Assembly: GCA_002633005.1 (NCBI GenBank)
Contig: NMRA01000003.1
Location: 1,270,519-1,334,518 of the forward strand
Direction of reading: 5' to 3'
DNA from: Phoronis australis
Lineage: Eukaryota > Animalia > Phoronida
DNA length: 64,000 bases
Part shown: positions 34,901 to 48,239 of the stretch, one piece after another
How the letters are laid out: each line of letters opens with the position of its first letter
Position numbering within the stretch: the first letter of the stretch is position 1
The notes under the pieces: generated by a model
Told to the model about the DNA's origin: nothing
Seen by the model: only the letters and a program-made list of their open reading frames with translations
The model's database searches: none
Program-made: the position numbers and the translations under genes

Positions 34901-37900
34901 TCCTGGTATCGACTTTGATGAATGACAAGGAGGAGAGGATAGTGTAATATTAGTATTTGATACTTGGCTTATAGTTTTAGCTGCATCTAACCCTTAGCTG
35001 TAAGACTTGATGGAGTGTAAAGTCCCAATAAGGCCAAAAATACATAGTTGATTCTGGTCTGTATCCTGACTCATTTTTAGACTTGTGCTCACTGTCTAAA
35101 TATCAATGTCAGGCTAGGTCTCATGTTTTTTTTTTTGAAAATCTGCTCAAAAGCACATTTTTTGTAGCAAGTGTAACCAAGGTTTGAAACGTCAGGATTT
35201 GCTGAGTAAAAAAACAAATCTTGCATTATTTATGCTCATCTCAGGCGCTTTATTTGGAAAAAGCGGGCTACTAAAAAATACCACACCACCGACTCAGTTT
35301 TCAAAAAAAAAACAGACTTCATGGAGTGTACTGCATTGTCTTACAAAAGTACAAGACCAAAAAGTTGTCATTGGTAGCCTTGGCTTTTTTTCATCATATC
35401 CTTTACAAACGTTCGTCATCATTATACTACTTGAATGGGTAACGCAACATTCTTCTTAAAACATTTTTCAGCACTGACTGCTGTTGGCACACTTATGAAA
35501 GTCAGGGTTGTATGACATAACAAAAGCATGTTTCTCCGCAGGTCATAGAAGACTACGTTACTCCAGTTCACAAGGAACTGTCAAGAGATCTTGACGCCAA
35601 AATCAAATTGAATATCAGGTAAAGTAGAGGCTGTAGTTTTTAGCATAATCCTATGTTTGACTATATTTTTGGAAGTGAATGAAATACGTTTCTGGTTAAA
35701 AAATTGACTTAGTAAGTGAAATTTCATGTCATTTCTTGTAAAATCATGGTAATTTCTTTTCTTACAGTTTTCTTGTACAGTGTCGCCCTCTGTCAGTGAG
35801 CATGGGAAATGCCATTAAGTATTTGAAATACCATGTCACGCACTCCTCCAGAGATGTCTCTGATTCTGAGGTAGGCTCATTTTGTTATTTTGTGACTTAT
35901 CAAACAGTCAGTGGTTTAACAACTCCATCAAAGCCTTGCCCAGACCTTGGATATGAATAGTTCCTTTCAAAAATGATTTACAACCCTGAAATACAAACGG
36001 TGTGCCTGAAATGGAAGTTCAAACCCAGAGAACTGTCCCAAAATCACGAATCTGGTACAAGAAATATAATTGAAAATGCTTCATATTTCTTGCCCAATCT
36101 TGATCTTGTCTCAGTTGCAGCTTGAGGCCATTCATTAAAGTCCTTCTCTGGTTCCAGTATACGAAAATACTTACTACATAAATTTTTATTTTCGACACCC
36201 TTTCTTTATATTCGTTTCGCCTTTCTTGCCAAAAGCGATTTTTTAACAGTATTTGACCCTTCTCTGTGAGCGTATAATTACCGGCTGTCATCGGTTATTT
36301 CCGTACCCACATTTCCGGCACTTGTCCTGAACGCCGCCATTTTTTCCTTGTAACTGAATGTGCTATCGCTTGCTTGAAAAGTCTTCATTTTTTTGTTTTA
36401 TTAGTAATATCTCGTGATTCGTTTGCATATGCAGTGTATTTATAGTTTGTAGTTAGTGGTCGTTGATTTTTTTGGAATTTTAGGCGTACTTAGTATGTTA
36501 ATATAGCATTGGTGTTTAGTTCCTTACGTAGGCCGGTCGAACCTAGGAACCAATATGGGTCGAACCAATTTTTTTTCGGTTTTATTTTTTTTTTCTGGTT
36601 TTGAAAAAGTACTTTGCTTTCATCGGAAAGGTAGTACAGTCTACTCAGTAAAAATCGAAAAAGTATCAAAATCGGGGCAAGCAGTGTAAAGTTATTGCAA
36701 GTTGTGTGGCGAAATTTCGGAGTCACTTTGTTTGGATCGCGTCGGCCATATTGGAGGACAGCGGGATAAGTTACGAGTTTAAAACTTTGTGTAAATTGTT
36801 TTCGCCAACAAATTACGGTGAAATTTAGTTAAACATATCTTTACTTACTATTCTGCACGATTTAACAGTGTTCACCAAATTTCAGCCTCGCAGTTGTTAC
36901 TCATTAAGTGATAAATGTGCTCACAGTTCCCGTTGGACTTCGTCTCATTTCTGGCAGCACCAGCATGGCGACTTTTGCTGAACTGAAAGGCATGTTCAAT
37001 CGGCTACTTTGTAATTTGTCAAGATTTAACGTTGATGCATTTTGACAAACGTTTCTACAAAAAAGAAACTTTGTTCAATTTTCGTGTTTTTTGTGCCCCT
37101 AATTTCATGCAAGTGTCTGAAACTACCCTTGANCTTATGAAAGTCAGGGTTGTATGACATAACAAAAGCATGTTTCTCCGCAGGTCATAGAAGACTACGT
37201 TACTCCAGTTCACAAGGAATTGTCAAGAGATCTTGACGCCAAAATCAAATTGAATATCAGGTAAAGTAGAGGCTGTAGTTTTTAGCTTAATCCTATGTTT
37301 GACTATATTTTTGGAAGTGAATGAAATACGTTTCTGGTTAAAAAATTGTCTTAGTAAGTGAAATTTCATGTCTTTTCTTGTAAAATCATGGTAGTTTCTT
37401 TTCTTACAGTTTTCTTGTGCAGTGTCGCCCTCTGTCAGTGAGCATGGGAAATGCCATTAAGTATTTGAAATACCATGTCACGCACTCCTCCAGAGATGTC
37501 TCTGATTCTGAGGTAGGCTCATTTTGTTATTTTGTGACTTATCAAATAGTCAGTGGTTTAACGACTCCATCAAAGCATTGCCCAGACCTTGGATATGAAT
37601 CAGTTCCTTTCAAAAATGATTTACAACCCTGAAATACAAACGGTGTGCCTGAAATGAAAATTCAAACCTAGAGAACTGTCCCAAAATCACGAATCTGGTA
37701 CAAGAAATATAATGGTCAATGCTTCATATTTCTTGCCCAAACTTGATCTTGTCTCAGTTGCAGCTTGAGGCCATTCATTATTAAGTCCAAGTCAGTTTAA
37801 GATAGACCACAAGTATGTTAACTCTAGGTCCATATGCTGATGTAAACAGATAATCCCTTGTTCAGCACCAGGTCAAATGAAATTGTTTTATGGATTGTTT

Positions 37901-40900
37901 CGTTTCTCCTACAAATTGAGTGTTGAAATTATGATTTGTCTATTTTCAGGCTAAGCAGAACCTGTATGGTTGTATTGATAGTTTTATCCAGGAAAAGATT
38001 GTTCTGGCTGGAGAGGCTATCAAAAACTATGCCAATGACAAAATAGTTGACGGAGATGTCATCGTAGTTTACGCTTGGTAGGTTTTTAACTTAAAGTCTA
38101 CAGTCTGCAACTCATCATTTTGTACCAAACAGGCCACTCAAATAAAGGCCCACTGGCTTGTATTCAGAAAATTTTCCGAATGTAAGCTTACTTTCGGAGC
38201 CACACAGTTAAAAAATTTCTACAGTTTGTGTCAGTAAGTGGGGACCAAAAACAAGGGTTTATGAAAAAGAACAGTTTGTTTGAGCACATTTGCAGCTTAT
38301 ATACATAATTAAACTTAACTAACTGTCCCATTGGTACTTAAAACTCTATTGTCAACTACACAGTCATATCAGTGGTCATGACATGTCAATATCACTGTCA
38401 CACTTTACATTTATGGTCCTCCTGTCTCCAAAAGTACGTCTGACTCAAAAGATGTATTTCTATGCTTATTTATTTACAGCACTTGATGAAAGGTATTCTG
38501 GAGTCTGTTTCTCGAAATGTAACAAGTCTTATGGTTATCCCAACAATATGGTTATTCCAACAATAAAATTTCTTAAAAACATTTTAAGCATTATAGCAGA
38601 CCCATCAACTATTATTTTAAAAATACTTGGTAGTCACAGAACTTTTTATGTGCACAAAAATAATGCTCAGAAACAAATGGCTGCATCTTTTCTAAAAAAA
38701 AACTTGATTTTCTCGGTGATCACCTTAATTTCCATATGAAAATTGCAAATTCTGTTTCTTTATTCTATTTGCTACAAATGAGTATCTGGGATTTCCTTTA
38801 ATCCCAAGAACTCCACAGTCAAAAATAAAGATGTCAACATTCCTTGAAAAAATGTAAGTCGTGAATTTTGACTGCTGAGCTCTCGGACTAAAAGTCCTCA
38901 AAATAATATCCCAGACATGCTTTTGTCGCTAAATGGAATAAGGAAACAGAATTTAGAAGCTTTGGGCCAAAAAAATCTTTGTGGAAAATTCGGCAATCTT
39001 CTAGAAAAAAGCAGTCATTTGGGCATTACTTTCATGCATGTAATAAGATTTTGTGATTGAGGATTTTTGAAAATTTATCTTTTTACACTCTACTTTAAAA
39101 ATTGTTTAAGAAATTTGATCTATGGTAATGAAGGTAACCTTACTTTAAGTCCGTGATTCTGTTTTGCTCTATGCACATTTATATCAGAAAAATTATGTAA
39201 GCTGATCATAGTTGGATATACCGTGCCTGAATTTTGAGAACCAGTTTTTTCTACCAAATGATGGTCATCAAACTGGTTCGCAATATGTGGCCACGTTATA
39301 TCCCACTATTGCTTACTGCAGAAAAGTACATTAAGTCTTTGATAATATATTATAATTCAGTGGATATCACTCCTGTACAATTTAATCACTAGTTGCACTA
39401 GTGGTCGTTTTTTTCCAATGTATTGTGTAATCTGGTTGTTAGCGTCCGCTAGCATCACTGGACTCTTTGAGATGTGTATAAACTTGTGTTGCGTTCCATA
39501 GAGGCAAGAATTTAGCAAGTAAAACTATTGTGACCACGAGCTTCACTTGTAAATGCACAGCGACATCTCGCAAAGTCGTGGGTAATATCGCGCTTTTGTG
39601 AATTTCTTGGGTGTACAGAACGCAGCATAATCGGATGGCATGCGCCTTGAGAATCTTTTTGCACAAAAGATTGGATAAACATCCATGTGTATCATTTGAT
39701 GCATTTGCAGGTCACTTCTGAATCAATTTATCATATGGTTGTCTTTTAGTCATACTTGAACTAAAAAGCATATTGCAGTGTACCCCTGAGCTTTTACTGG
39801 TGGTGAGCTCATCACATTGTTCACAAGTCATCAAGTTATCTGTGATGTCACTAGATGGAGCTTACAACCATGATTCTGAAACACACTTGGAAAGTGACAC
39901 TAGTGTTGCTGATGAAATCCCTGAAATTACAAGTTCATTGGTTGAGTCGCTTTTCGTGAAATGGACTCCAGAGAGTACTTTTAGTGGACTCTAAACTCAT
40001 TTTCTGTTTTTGTATTAATCTTTTTCCTGCAGTTCTTCATTGATTCTCAAAGTGTTGAGTGATGCCCACACATCTGGCAAAAAGTTCAGAGTGGTCGTTG
40101 TTGATGGGAGACCGAAAATGGAAGGTAATACTGACTTACTTGTTATGATGTGTTAAGTCGAAACATTACTACTATAACACTCTCCTTATTAGTAAATAGC
40201 GTACTCATTTCGTCTGCTTTTCTCAGTGATCATGTGATTTAGTGCGTCTGCTACATACAGCTTCATATCATTACATGAACGCGTAGCAAATTTTCAACAC
40301 AAGGGTTATCTAAGTAAAATTTAGGAAGATGTCTCCTAGCAACATGTGCTATGTAGCAGTGCTGAAACAAAGTTGGGATGTTAATGCTTTCAGTATACCT
40401 TGTATGTGTTTGCTCTTGTCCACTGTAGAATGTAGATGAAAATGTTGATAGCGCAGGCATAGTCTACTTGGACTCTGAACAATAGTTTTCTGTCAATTTA
40501 TATAGCGTTAGTTGTCATGTACTTAACATTTGTGCTTTCTCACATGCACTTTTGTCTGCATTACACTGTAGGCCGAGAGATGTTAAGACGTCTGGTGAAG
40601 AGGGGAATCAAATGCTCCTATGTTCTCATCAATGGACTCTCGTATATTATGCAAGAGGTAAATATCTTTGAGCATCCGTGTTGAAGTTCACATGTCTCGG
40701 TCTAAGTGCTCCTACTCTGGTTGAAAATTCTGAGACAGTTTCGTCTTTGCTGCTTAGATTAAAACAAACTTCCTATCTAAGCAGACTGAGAGATTTTATC
40801 TGGGTAAGGTGATATCCGACCTATCTGATGAGTCGAGTGCTTGAAAATGAAGAGAACTGTTCCAAGAAACTATCCCTGAGGTAAAGTGGCCACATACTCG

Positions 40901-42602
40901 TGTTTCGTTAAGAAACGAACTTTTGATTAGACCACTAAGTGTTATAAAAATGATTCCAACTTTTTCTTTACTCGGGTGAGAAGTGATTTTGGGGTCTCCG
41001 CAGAAACGGGAGTTTGATATTTTGTGATATCATGCTCGGCACATAAAATAACGCACCGCGACGAGCCAGCTTGAAGAGTCTGGTCGCAACTTATGAGGAA
41101 CTGTCAGTTATTTCCAAGCCGAGAAATCACACCTATTTTAACTGAGGAACAAGTTGAGACTAATTTTATTAGGTTATGAGATCTAAATAAAAATTGGTTC
41201 TCATGATGCCAAACTGGGTTTGTATCTGCTTTGACAATTAGACCACAGAGTGAAAAGCCCTGAAATCACCTCTGATTTGTCTAAGGAACAATCGGATAAA
41301 TTTCATAGATTGTCATATTAAATAATCAAAACCAATTTTTTTTTGTGACAGAAAGCAGGTTTATTCATTTGCCATAAGTGAAAATTTGACATTACGTTCT
41401 TCTAATTTATGGGAGTTTTACCGAATTCACTCACTGTCTCATTCCTTTAAGTTGTTTATTTAACAAGTTGATTGTCATGTCACTTCATTGGTTTACTTTC
41501 TCATATTTTAGGCTACCAAAGTTATCCTGGGATCTCATGCTATTCTTGCTAATGGTTATGTCATGTCTCGTGTTGGCAACTCACAGGTGGCGCTGGTTGC
41601 CAAAGCGTATAATGTTCCTGTACTTGTATGCTGTGAGACGTACAAGTTCTGCGAGAGAGTGCAGACTGATTCATTTGTCGTAAATGAACTAGGTAACGAT
41701 AGAATCATGTGCTTCATGGGTGTACTTTTTAAATAAGACATTTTAAAAATTCACGTAATGATGAGGTCATTTTTAATTTGCTACAATGAGTAGCCCTAGA
41801 AAAATGTTAAAAATTACCAAGTAAATGTCATCACATCGTATCTTACAAAATGCTTGTTTGGGTGTTCATTCAAATATTTTGCAAATATCCAAAAAGATTA
41901 ATTAAAAACTGTCGGTGTTTTTGACTCAGATTGTATCAAAGGAAATTGGGTTATGTCATTTGTTCAGCAATGGAGACACGCTTGCAAGAATTTTTTTACT
42001 TTTGCTGAAATATGATAAATATAGAATTCATTACTTGCAAACTATGTGGCTGACTGCACAGACTAGTTACTACATTTAGTGTAACTCTTCAGTTATGTAG
42101 CTCACAATATGGCCAGCAAGTGAAATTCTATTTTCTTAGATTTCTCCACAAAAGTAAGGATTTGGGACATTTTATTCTATTACAAGCATGGTTTGTAGTG
42201 TATATTTTTTGTAACACAACATTTACTGAAGTTCCCATTTTTGCAAAAAGATGATAAGCCATTGAAAAATGGCAAAATTGCCATTTGGGTAAATAATTTT
42301 GTGCATAGTTAAGTGGAGAAATACCATTGGTAATGATCTCTTGTTTGTGTACCTTAAATTGTTTTGATACATTTTATTTAATTAATTTCACAGGTGATCC
42401 AGATGATTTGGTGGAAATTGGCAAACCAGAGAAAAAGCTGAGTGACTGGAGGGAAATCAAGGATTTAAGTCTTTTGAATCTTGTTTATGACATCACTCCA
42501 CCTGAATTTGTTTCCACGGTGATCACTGAACTTGGAATGTTGCCTTGTACTTCTGTACCAGTCGTTCTTAGAATGAAACAGTCCGAAACTACTGAAGCAT
42601 AG
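31936..42602 (+). CDS. EIF2B4: Translation initiation factor eIF2B subunit delta, 480 aa using one copy of the duplicated exon pair
   Basis: Exons: 31936-32038, 32524-32618 ([13 protein letters not shown]), 32864-32933, 33572-33755, 34065-34179 ([23 protein letters not shown]), 35542-35618 + 35768-35870 (or 37184-37260 + 37410-37512; [12 protein letters not shown]), 37950-38077, 40033-40124 ([10 protein letters not shown]), 40572-40657, 41512-41692 ([28 protein letters not shown]), 42394-42602 ([33 protein letters not shown]). Sum is 1443 nt, in frame. Confidence 0.96.
34341..34443. mobile_element. 103-bp GC-rich MITE
   Basis: TIR CATGGGCGGCGCACCA...TGGTGCGCCTCCCATG. Confidence 0.7.
35492..37790 (+). 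repeat. Direct duplication of about 650 bp (35492-36143 and 37134-37790) containing two EIF2B4 exons
   Basis: Near-identical copies. The second starts immediately after N37133. Exonic differences are synonymous (CTG/TTG, GTA/GTG). Confidence 0.92.
36139..37132. mobile_element. Insertion of about 1 kb present only after the first duplicate copy, truncated by an assembly join
   Basis: Sequence absent from copy 2. Begins near TTAA|AG and is CpG-richer than the host intron. Confidence 0.55.
38550..39144. mobile_element. Foldback MITE of about 600 bp (imperfect palindrome centred near 38845)
   Basis: AAATTCTGTTTCTTTATTCTATTTG..TCTGGGAT (38747-38790) pairs with ATCCCAGA..AAATGGAATAAGGAAACAGAATTT (38908-38954). 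Outer arms also pair. Right end is ..CCTTACT|TTAA. Confidence 0.75.
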
Positions 42603-45600
42603 CAGACTGTTTGACTTACACACGACTCCAAGTGTATTAAGTGGTCAGTGAAAAGGAAAAGGACCATGAAAAGAACTAAGAATACCAGGAACACACCAGA
42701 GCAGCCAGAAGAGCTACTTGACTTTTCTCTTAAAAGGCATTTGATTGTATAGTTTCCTTAATCCATACTCTAATAGCCATGAACTGAAAAAGTCTAAAAA
42801 ATCTGTAAGCTGGACTCACTCCTTCAACTGTCGCGGCTAAATTTGGCAACCTTTAGTTTGCCAATTCTACCTCAGATTTTGTCTGGCTAACTGGTGAAAA
42901 TGCCAAGTTGCTACAAAGTCGCAGGAGCCTGTAAACCAATCAAATGTCTTATCCATTTGACACAGCGAAACCCACAAATTCAATCAATTGCAGCCTATGT
43001 ATTTGGATCGCCTGTTTACTCCTAAGGCAAGAACAGGAAATCAGTGTCCTGTACGCTGGGTTTATCCTGATTTTCTGTTGAATTAAAAATCGCCACCGGC
43101 TCTCTTTTGGGTGGTGCATGGGCCATTTGCATTGGACATTTGTTTGTGGCTTGTGCTTCGGCATGATTCTAGACGTCTCATTTTTTCATTCAGGAATTGT
43201 TGGCAACTAGTATATGCCACTGTGCATCGTTTGTGAAGAGCATAACTTTCCGCAGACGCACGGGGCGGATTTTCCTTGTTTTGGTGACCTCTTTTGTTCC
43301 CATTTGATGACTTGAGAATTTTGTCAGGTCGCCTTTGGCGAGAGTGACCACATACCAAGCGCATTAAATTGTATCTGTATGGTACTCCAGTTTGTGATAT
43401 TGAGTGGTTGGAGTTGTAACTGTGTTATAACTAGCAGCTTAACAGGAGTTCTTTGCAGGTTTTACAGGAAGGAATTGGGTATGCTTCACCCATTTCTGGC
43501 CATTGCAACATCAAGTCGAAAACTTATACGTGATTCAGTGGACCTTACTCATCGGACTGCTTAGGTATTTTGTATTTACCTTGTATCGTAAATACCATGT
43601 GGTAAACATGCTTGGTGAAGAAATTCGTCTTTTTATTCATTGTTTGAAGAATAAGCTACAAACACAAAGCTTGCCAGTTAAAGCTCACAGCAAATTGCTA
43701 ATAATGAAGCCTCTTACCCTGGGGCTGCATGCGACTAGGTGCCAGTGGTTTTTTGGCCATTTCGATTGTGCACAGTTGAGTCTTCGATTTTTAAACAACT
43801 CTGAGCTATTGACTGAAATCTCAACAACATTTAATGATGTCAGAAAGACTGACTTTCGGAGGTCCTGCTGATTAGGTTTCGACTTTTATTGGTTTACTCA
43901 TCTCCACATACTATAGGCAGGTTCTGCTAAGCAGTGCAAAATGGTTCAGAAGGCTTTGCTGCAATTGTAGAAAATCTCGTCAGTAAGGCGGATTTTGGGG
44001 TGCTGGGCAGCGAAATTTGTAGAAACTGGAAGCTTCGTCAATGGTCTAAATCAAAAGTTATTTTTGACGGGAAAGAGGGTTTATGTAGTTGCCTTAGCCT
44101 AAATTTCTTGTTTGTTTCAGTCTGTTACTTTTTCTTCAAGCAGCTACCTTCCCCATTGAGTGGCGTCAGTAAGGCGTTCATTTGTCATGTTATTTCAGAG
44201 GGTCTCCAATTTATCTTCTCCCCGTGTGGCAGTAGCAGCTCCTCACCCATGGCCGGGTCTCCATTCCGTAGATGCAATACACTCGCGAAACCGCAATATC
44301 TCGCAAGTCTTCGTGAGACGTGAGATATTGCCATGCTTTGGAAGCAAACACGCGATCACGTTGCGTTACTCGCGAGAGTCTACGGAACTCATCCCGCGTG
44401 TGGTGCTTTACGCCTCTGTTTCCACTCCCCATCTTCTCTTCCCGTCTGACGACCGTTGCCGCCTTCTTCTTTTCTCCACATCCAGTGCGTAGCCAGAATT
44501 TTTTCTTATTTCCCATCTTCTTGTTCCTGGATCTTTCTCAGACGTTGGCGGCAGCGAAGAACGTGCCTCACGTTTCTTTGCCGACTTACTCTTTCGCCTC
44601 CTGCCATGTTTACTTTTAGGATACGTTTCGCCTTCATCCGATAGAAGTATATCAGATACATTGGACTCCCGTCTCTGACTCAATTCCATTGTTTCGTATG
44701 TGTGAGCGTCGTTGTCAGCGTCTTCACCCCGGTTTCTAAAAGCTTTATTTCTTTCCGATAAACTTCGTCTTTTTGATGATTTCTTTCGTGTCTGTTCAGT
44801 TGTCTCATTAATATCTTGCTTTTTATCAGCGTCTTTCAATCTGTCCTTGCTTGGCTTATCCATCGTGATTTTAATCTAAAATAGCAAGGTAACCTTTGTG
44901 ACATCTCGGAAATAGATTCGTTCCCTAAACTCGTATTTTCAAGCCGAGTCTATAACCAAACTGTTTCTGTCGAATATCATAGGAACAAACTGAGCTGTTT
45001 TTTTTTTGTAAACTCCGTTCGAAAGGTGAGACTGGGAATTTTGTCCGTTGATATGGACCGGGAAATGGAGATGTGATGATTTCTAGTGTTGGAAATTTGA
45101 AGTACCCATAACAAATCGGTAATGTCGACATAATTGAAATAAAATCAAGGTTTTATATGTAGTACCTTCTCTGCGACAAGCCATTTCTGAGATATGATGT
45201 TCTTAGATTAGTCCGGCAAACATGGGCATTTTTCAAGGGTTCCACATAACCGTTGAACTGAGAATGTCAACAGAACGTGGCGTCACGACACATTTCCATC
45301 TAAATTGTGAAAATGAATTGCTCAAATATTTAAAAGTATACCAAACCCGGTTTGGTATATGACCAAATGTTAAATAATGACTGCATCAGTAGCAGGTAAC
45401 AGAACGATANGTTCCCATTTAGTTCTCAATGCTCTTTAACCCTGTTCGACAGTCCTCAACTGTTTCAAGCAGTGACCTAGTACGCTTTGCGAATTGCAGC
45501 AACCGTGGGGAAAGACCACGCACCGAGAACCATAATATACAATCTGTGATATGACATAGGGACTTTTTAGCTGATTCGTGATTCTATTTTTCAAGATTGA

Positions 45601-46819
45601 AGCTAATGACTGCATCAGCAGCAGGTAACAGAACGATGATTATAGGTTTAAATCATCAAGAGAGGGTTTATGACTATGTCACAAATCATACTTAATACCT
45701 TTGGTACTTGGTGTTCGTTCACTGTACTCAGACAGGAGCACTTGTTCTGTAGACAAACCACAAAGGCGGACACCATACACAATAACCAAAGAATGACGCC
45801 AATTGCTGCTGCTAGGGTGGGTACTGTCCATTTGAGAACTGGAAACCCATTATGTATGTGTCCTCTACCGGCGGGGCTCTGTAAGAAATGTAGTTCAACG
45901 TTAAAGGTGAATAAAATATGAGGAATACTTTTTGAAACTATATTTTTAAATATAAACAGTTCAACTGAGTGACAAAACCCTTAAGTTCGCAAACCCAAGA
46001 TGCTACTTGTGTGATCGCAGATACGTTGAAAAGAAATGTTACACGTGGGCACGACCAAAGAAAAACAACCCATTTTTAAAATAAAACTGCATGTCCTCTC
46101 CCCGCCTTACGACATCCTGGTTCCGCTAGTGGCAATGACGTAGCTGCCAAACTACGAGCTTCTTTAGAATTGACCTATCGCAAGCTCCGCCCCCTTGCGT
46201 AATGTCGACTAACAAACAATAAGTTTTACCCGGCAAGGTGTCGTTTGTCGGGTGAAAGGGCGGCTTGGAAACGAAGGTGTGTCAATAATGATGCGTTCTA
46301 AATGGTCAGATAAGCCGTCAATCAAAATCCTGGCGATAGGTCAATTATAAGTGCGCGCGCAACCCGAATGAGCGTGCATGTTATCGGGTGACAGTTGTTA
46401 CAACTAACCATGCGATCTGCCACCACAAATGCGAGGACACGCTAACACTAACATTTAGTGATTGCACTTTTCTTGCCTAAAAAATGACTGACTCGCTTTC
46501 TTATTAAAATCCATACGCGCCGGTAGGCTACAAATTTCAATGGTAGGAATGCTTGTGCTGTTTTACAATAAAATAATTGACTTACCAAAACGATCTCTGT
46601 TATCAAAAATGTCACCAGAGCCGGTGATATTAGTACAGCGCCGGCGGCTGCCAATCTCGAGAATATAGCCAGCTGAAATATATTGATAACAATTTCAAAC
46701 GATTTGTTGTTCACGCACATAACTGGTAGTTCACAGACGAATTTTCTTTGTGGAAAAAACTGGTATCTCTATTCACGGGCATTGCGTGAATTAAAAAACC
46801 CGCGCACTGCACATACATG

Positions 46820-47105
46820 CATGCGCGCACCCAGGGGGGGGGGGCTCGGGGAGCTCGAATGAGCCCCCCCAATTGGCGAAGTGAGCAAAAAGGTCAGCGT
46901 GTGAGAAGCAAAAAGTCAAAAAGTCCGAGAAAATGAGACAAAAGTCAACTAAACAAGCACAAAACACACAATTCACAGTGGTGCACCCGTTTTTTTTAGT
47001 CCGCCGGCTGTTTTTCTTTTTTTTTTTAGTCCGCCGGCTGTTTTGTAACCAAAAGGTCCACAATGTAAGGAATCCGAGCCCACCATGTTGAAGGGTGCGC
47101 GCATG
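46820..47105. mobile_element. 286-bp MITE with perfect 13-bp TIRs and a 6-bp TSD
   Basis: CATGCGCGCACCC...GGGTGCGCGCATG flanked by TACATG (46814-46819 and 47106-47111). Confidence 0.85.
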
Positions 47106-48239
47106 TACATGTATTGTAGTTGTAGTGGGATGAAATTGAATATTGAACTAGTAAAATCAACGGAAAACATGGACCTGGACTAATTAATAAAAATGAAAGA
47201 TGCGATGTAGTATCATGATGAGCACCACAGTAAAAAGATGATGATAAAATGAATCAGATGATATCACCGAGATATGCAAGGGCGGGGTGTCAAAATATGT
47301 CTGAAAAACATTGCGTGAGAAATGAGCTTTCAAGAAAAAATAAAATGATTGAAAATCAGTACCCCTAACTTGACAATAATTCTCATCATTAGTTGATCAA
47401 TCGTCCTCTTTTTTGACGTTTTGGTCCTTTATGAGGAACAAAAAATTGCATCACGCTGTAATGAGAAACGAATGAAAGTGACATGATCCCTGATGAAACG
47501 ATTGATATTGATTGGGTAGATCTAAAGAGCCGATCAAAGAAAAGGAGTCAATTAGAAGGCTGTTGTACTGAACAAATATTGTCGGAACTTAAACTGGTAC
47601 CTTATTACGTGTTACGCTTAATTACGCGTTTGTAAAATGATGACGCCATGAAAATGATAGGAGGCCGGAGATAAAAAGGCTGTTATTTAATCAAAGAGGT
47701 TGGAAACCAGAAAATTTGCAAATTAAATTAATCGCGAACGCTGATATAAAGGGGATGCAGTGTCATTCGGTGTATATGTTTTCTTTACACAATGATTCGA
47801 GTTATTTATACGCGAATGATTCTATTTTTATGTTTTCAGGGGATTAGAGCCTGTTTCATAACTTTAAGGACACTCCTTGCGCTTCTCAGTCAATAGCTCC
47901 ACGAAAGTAATTTGACCGTTTCAACTCATTTCCAAACGATGCTCAACAAACACGTACGTTATCAAATGTTTGCAAAATAACCCACCGAAATTAAATACAG
48001 AATTTTCAGAATAATTTTTGAATCCCTGGTGGTGCAGTAACAAAATGGACTTCACATTTTAACACCGTCAAACATCGCATTTGCCAGTACAAAGCGCAAG
48101 TACATGATGAGTGTAATTTACGAAATGTTTTTATATGCGCTAACTGCGAAGCGATACCGAAGCTAGTTTACAGTACCTGAAAAATTGAACCTATCTAAAG
48201 TGTTCTAGAAACAATCGTATGAATTTTAATGAATAGGAA

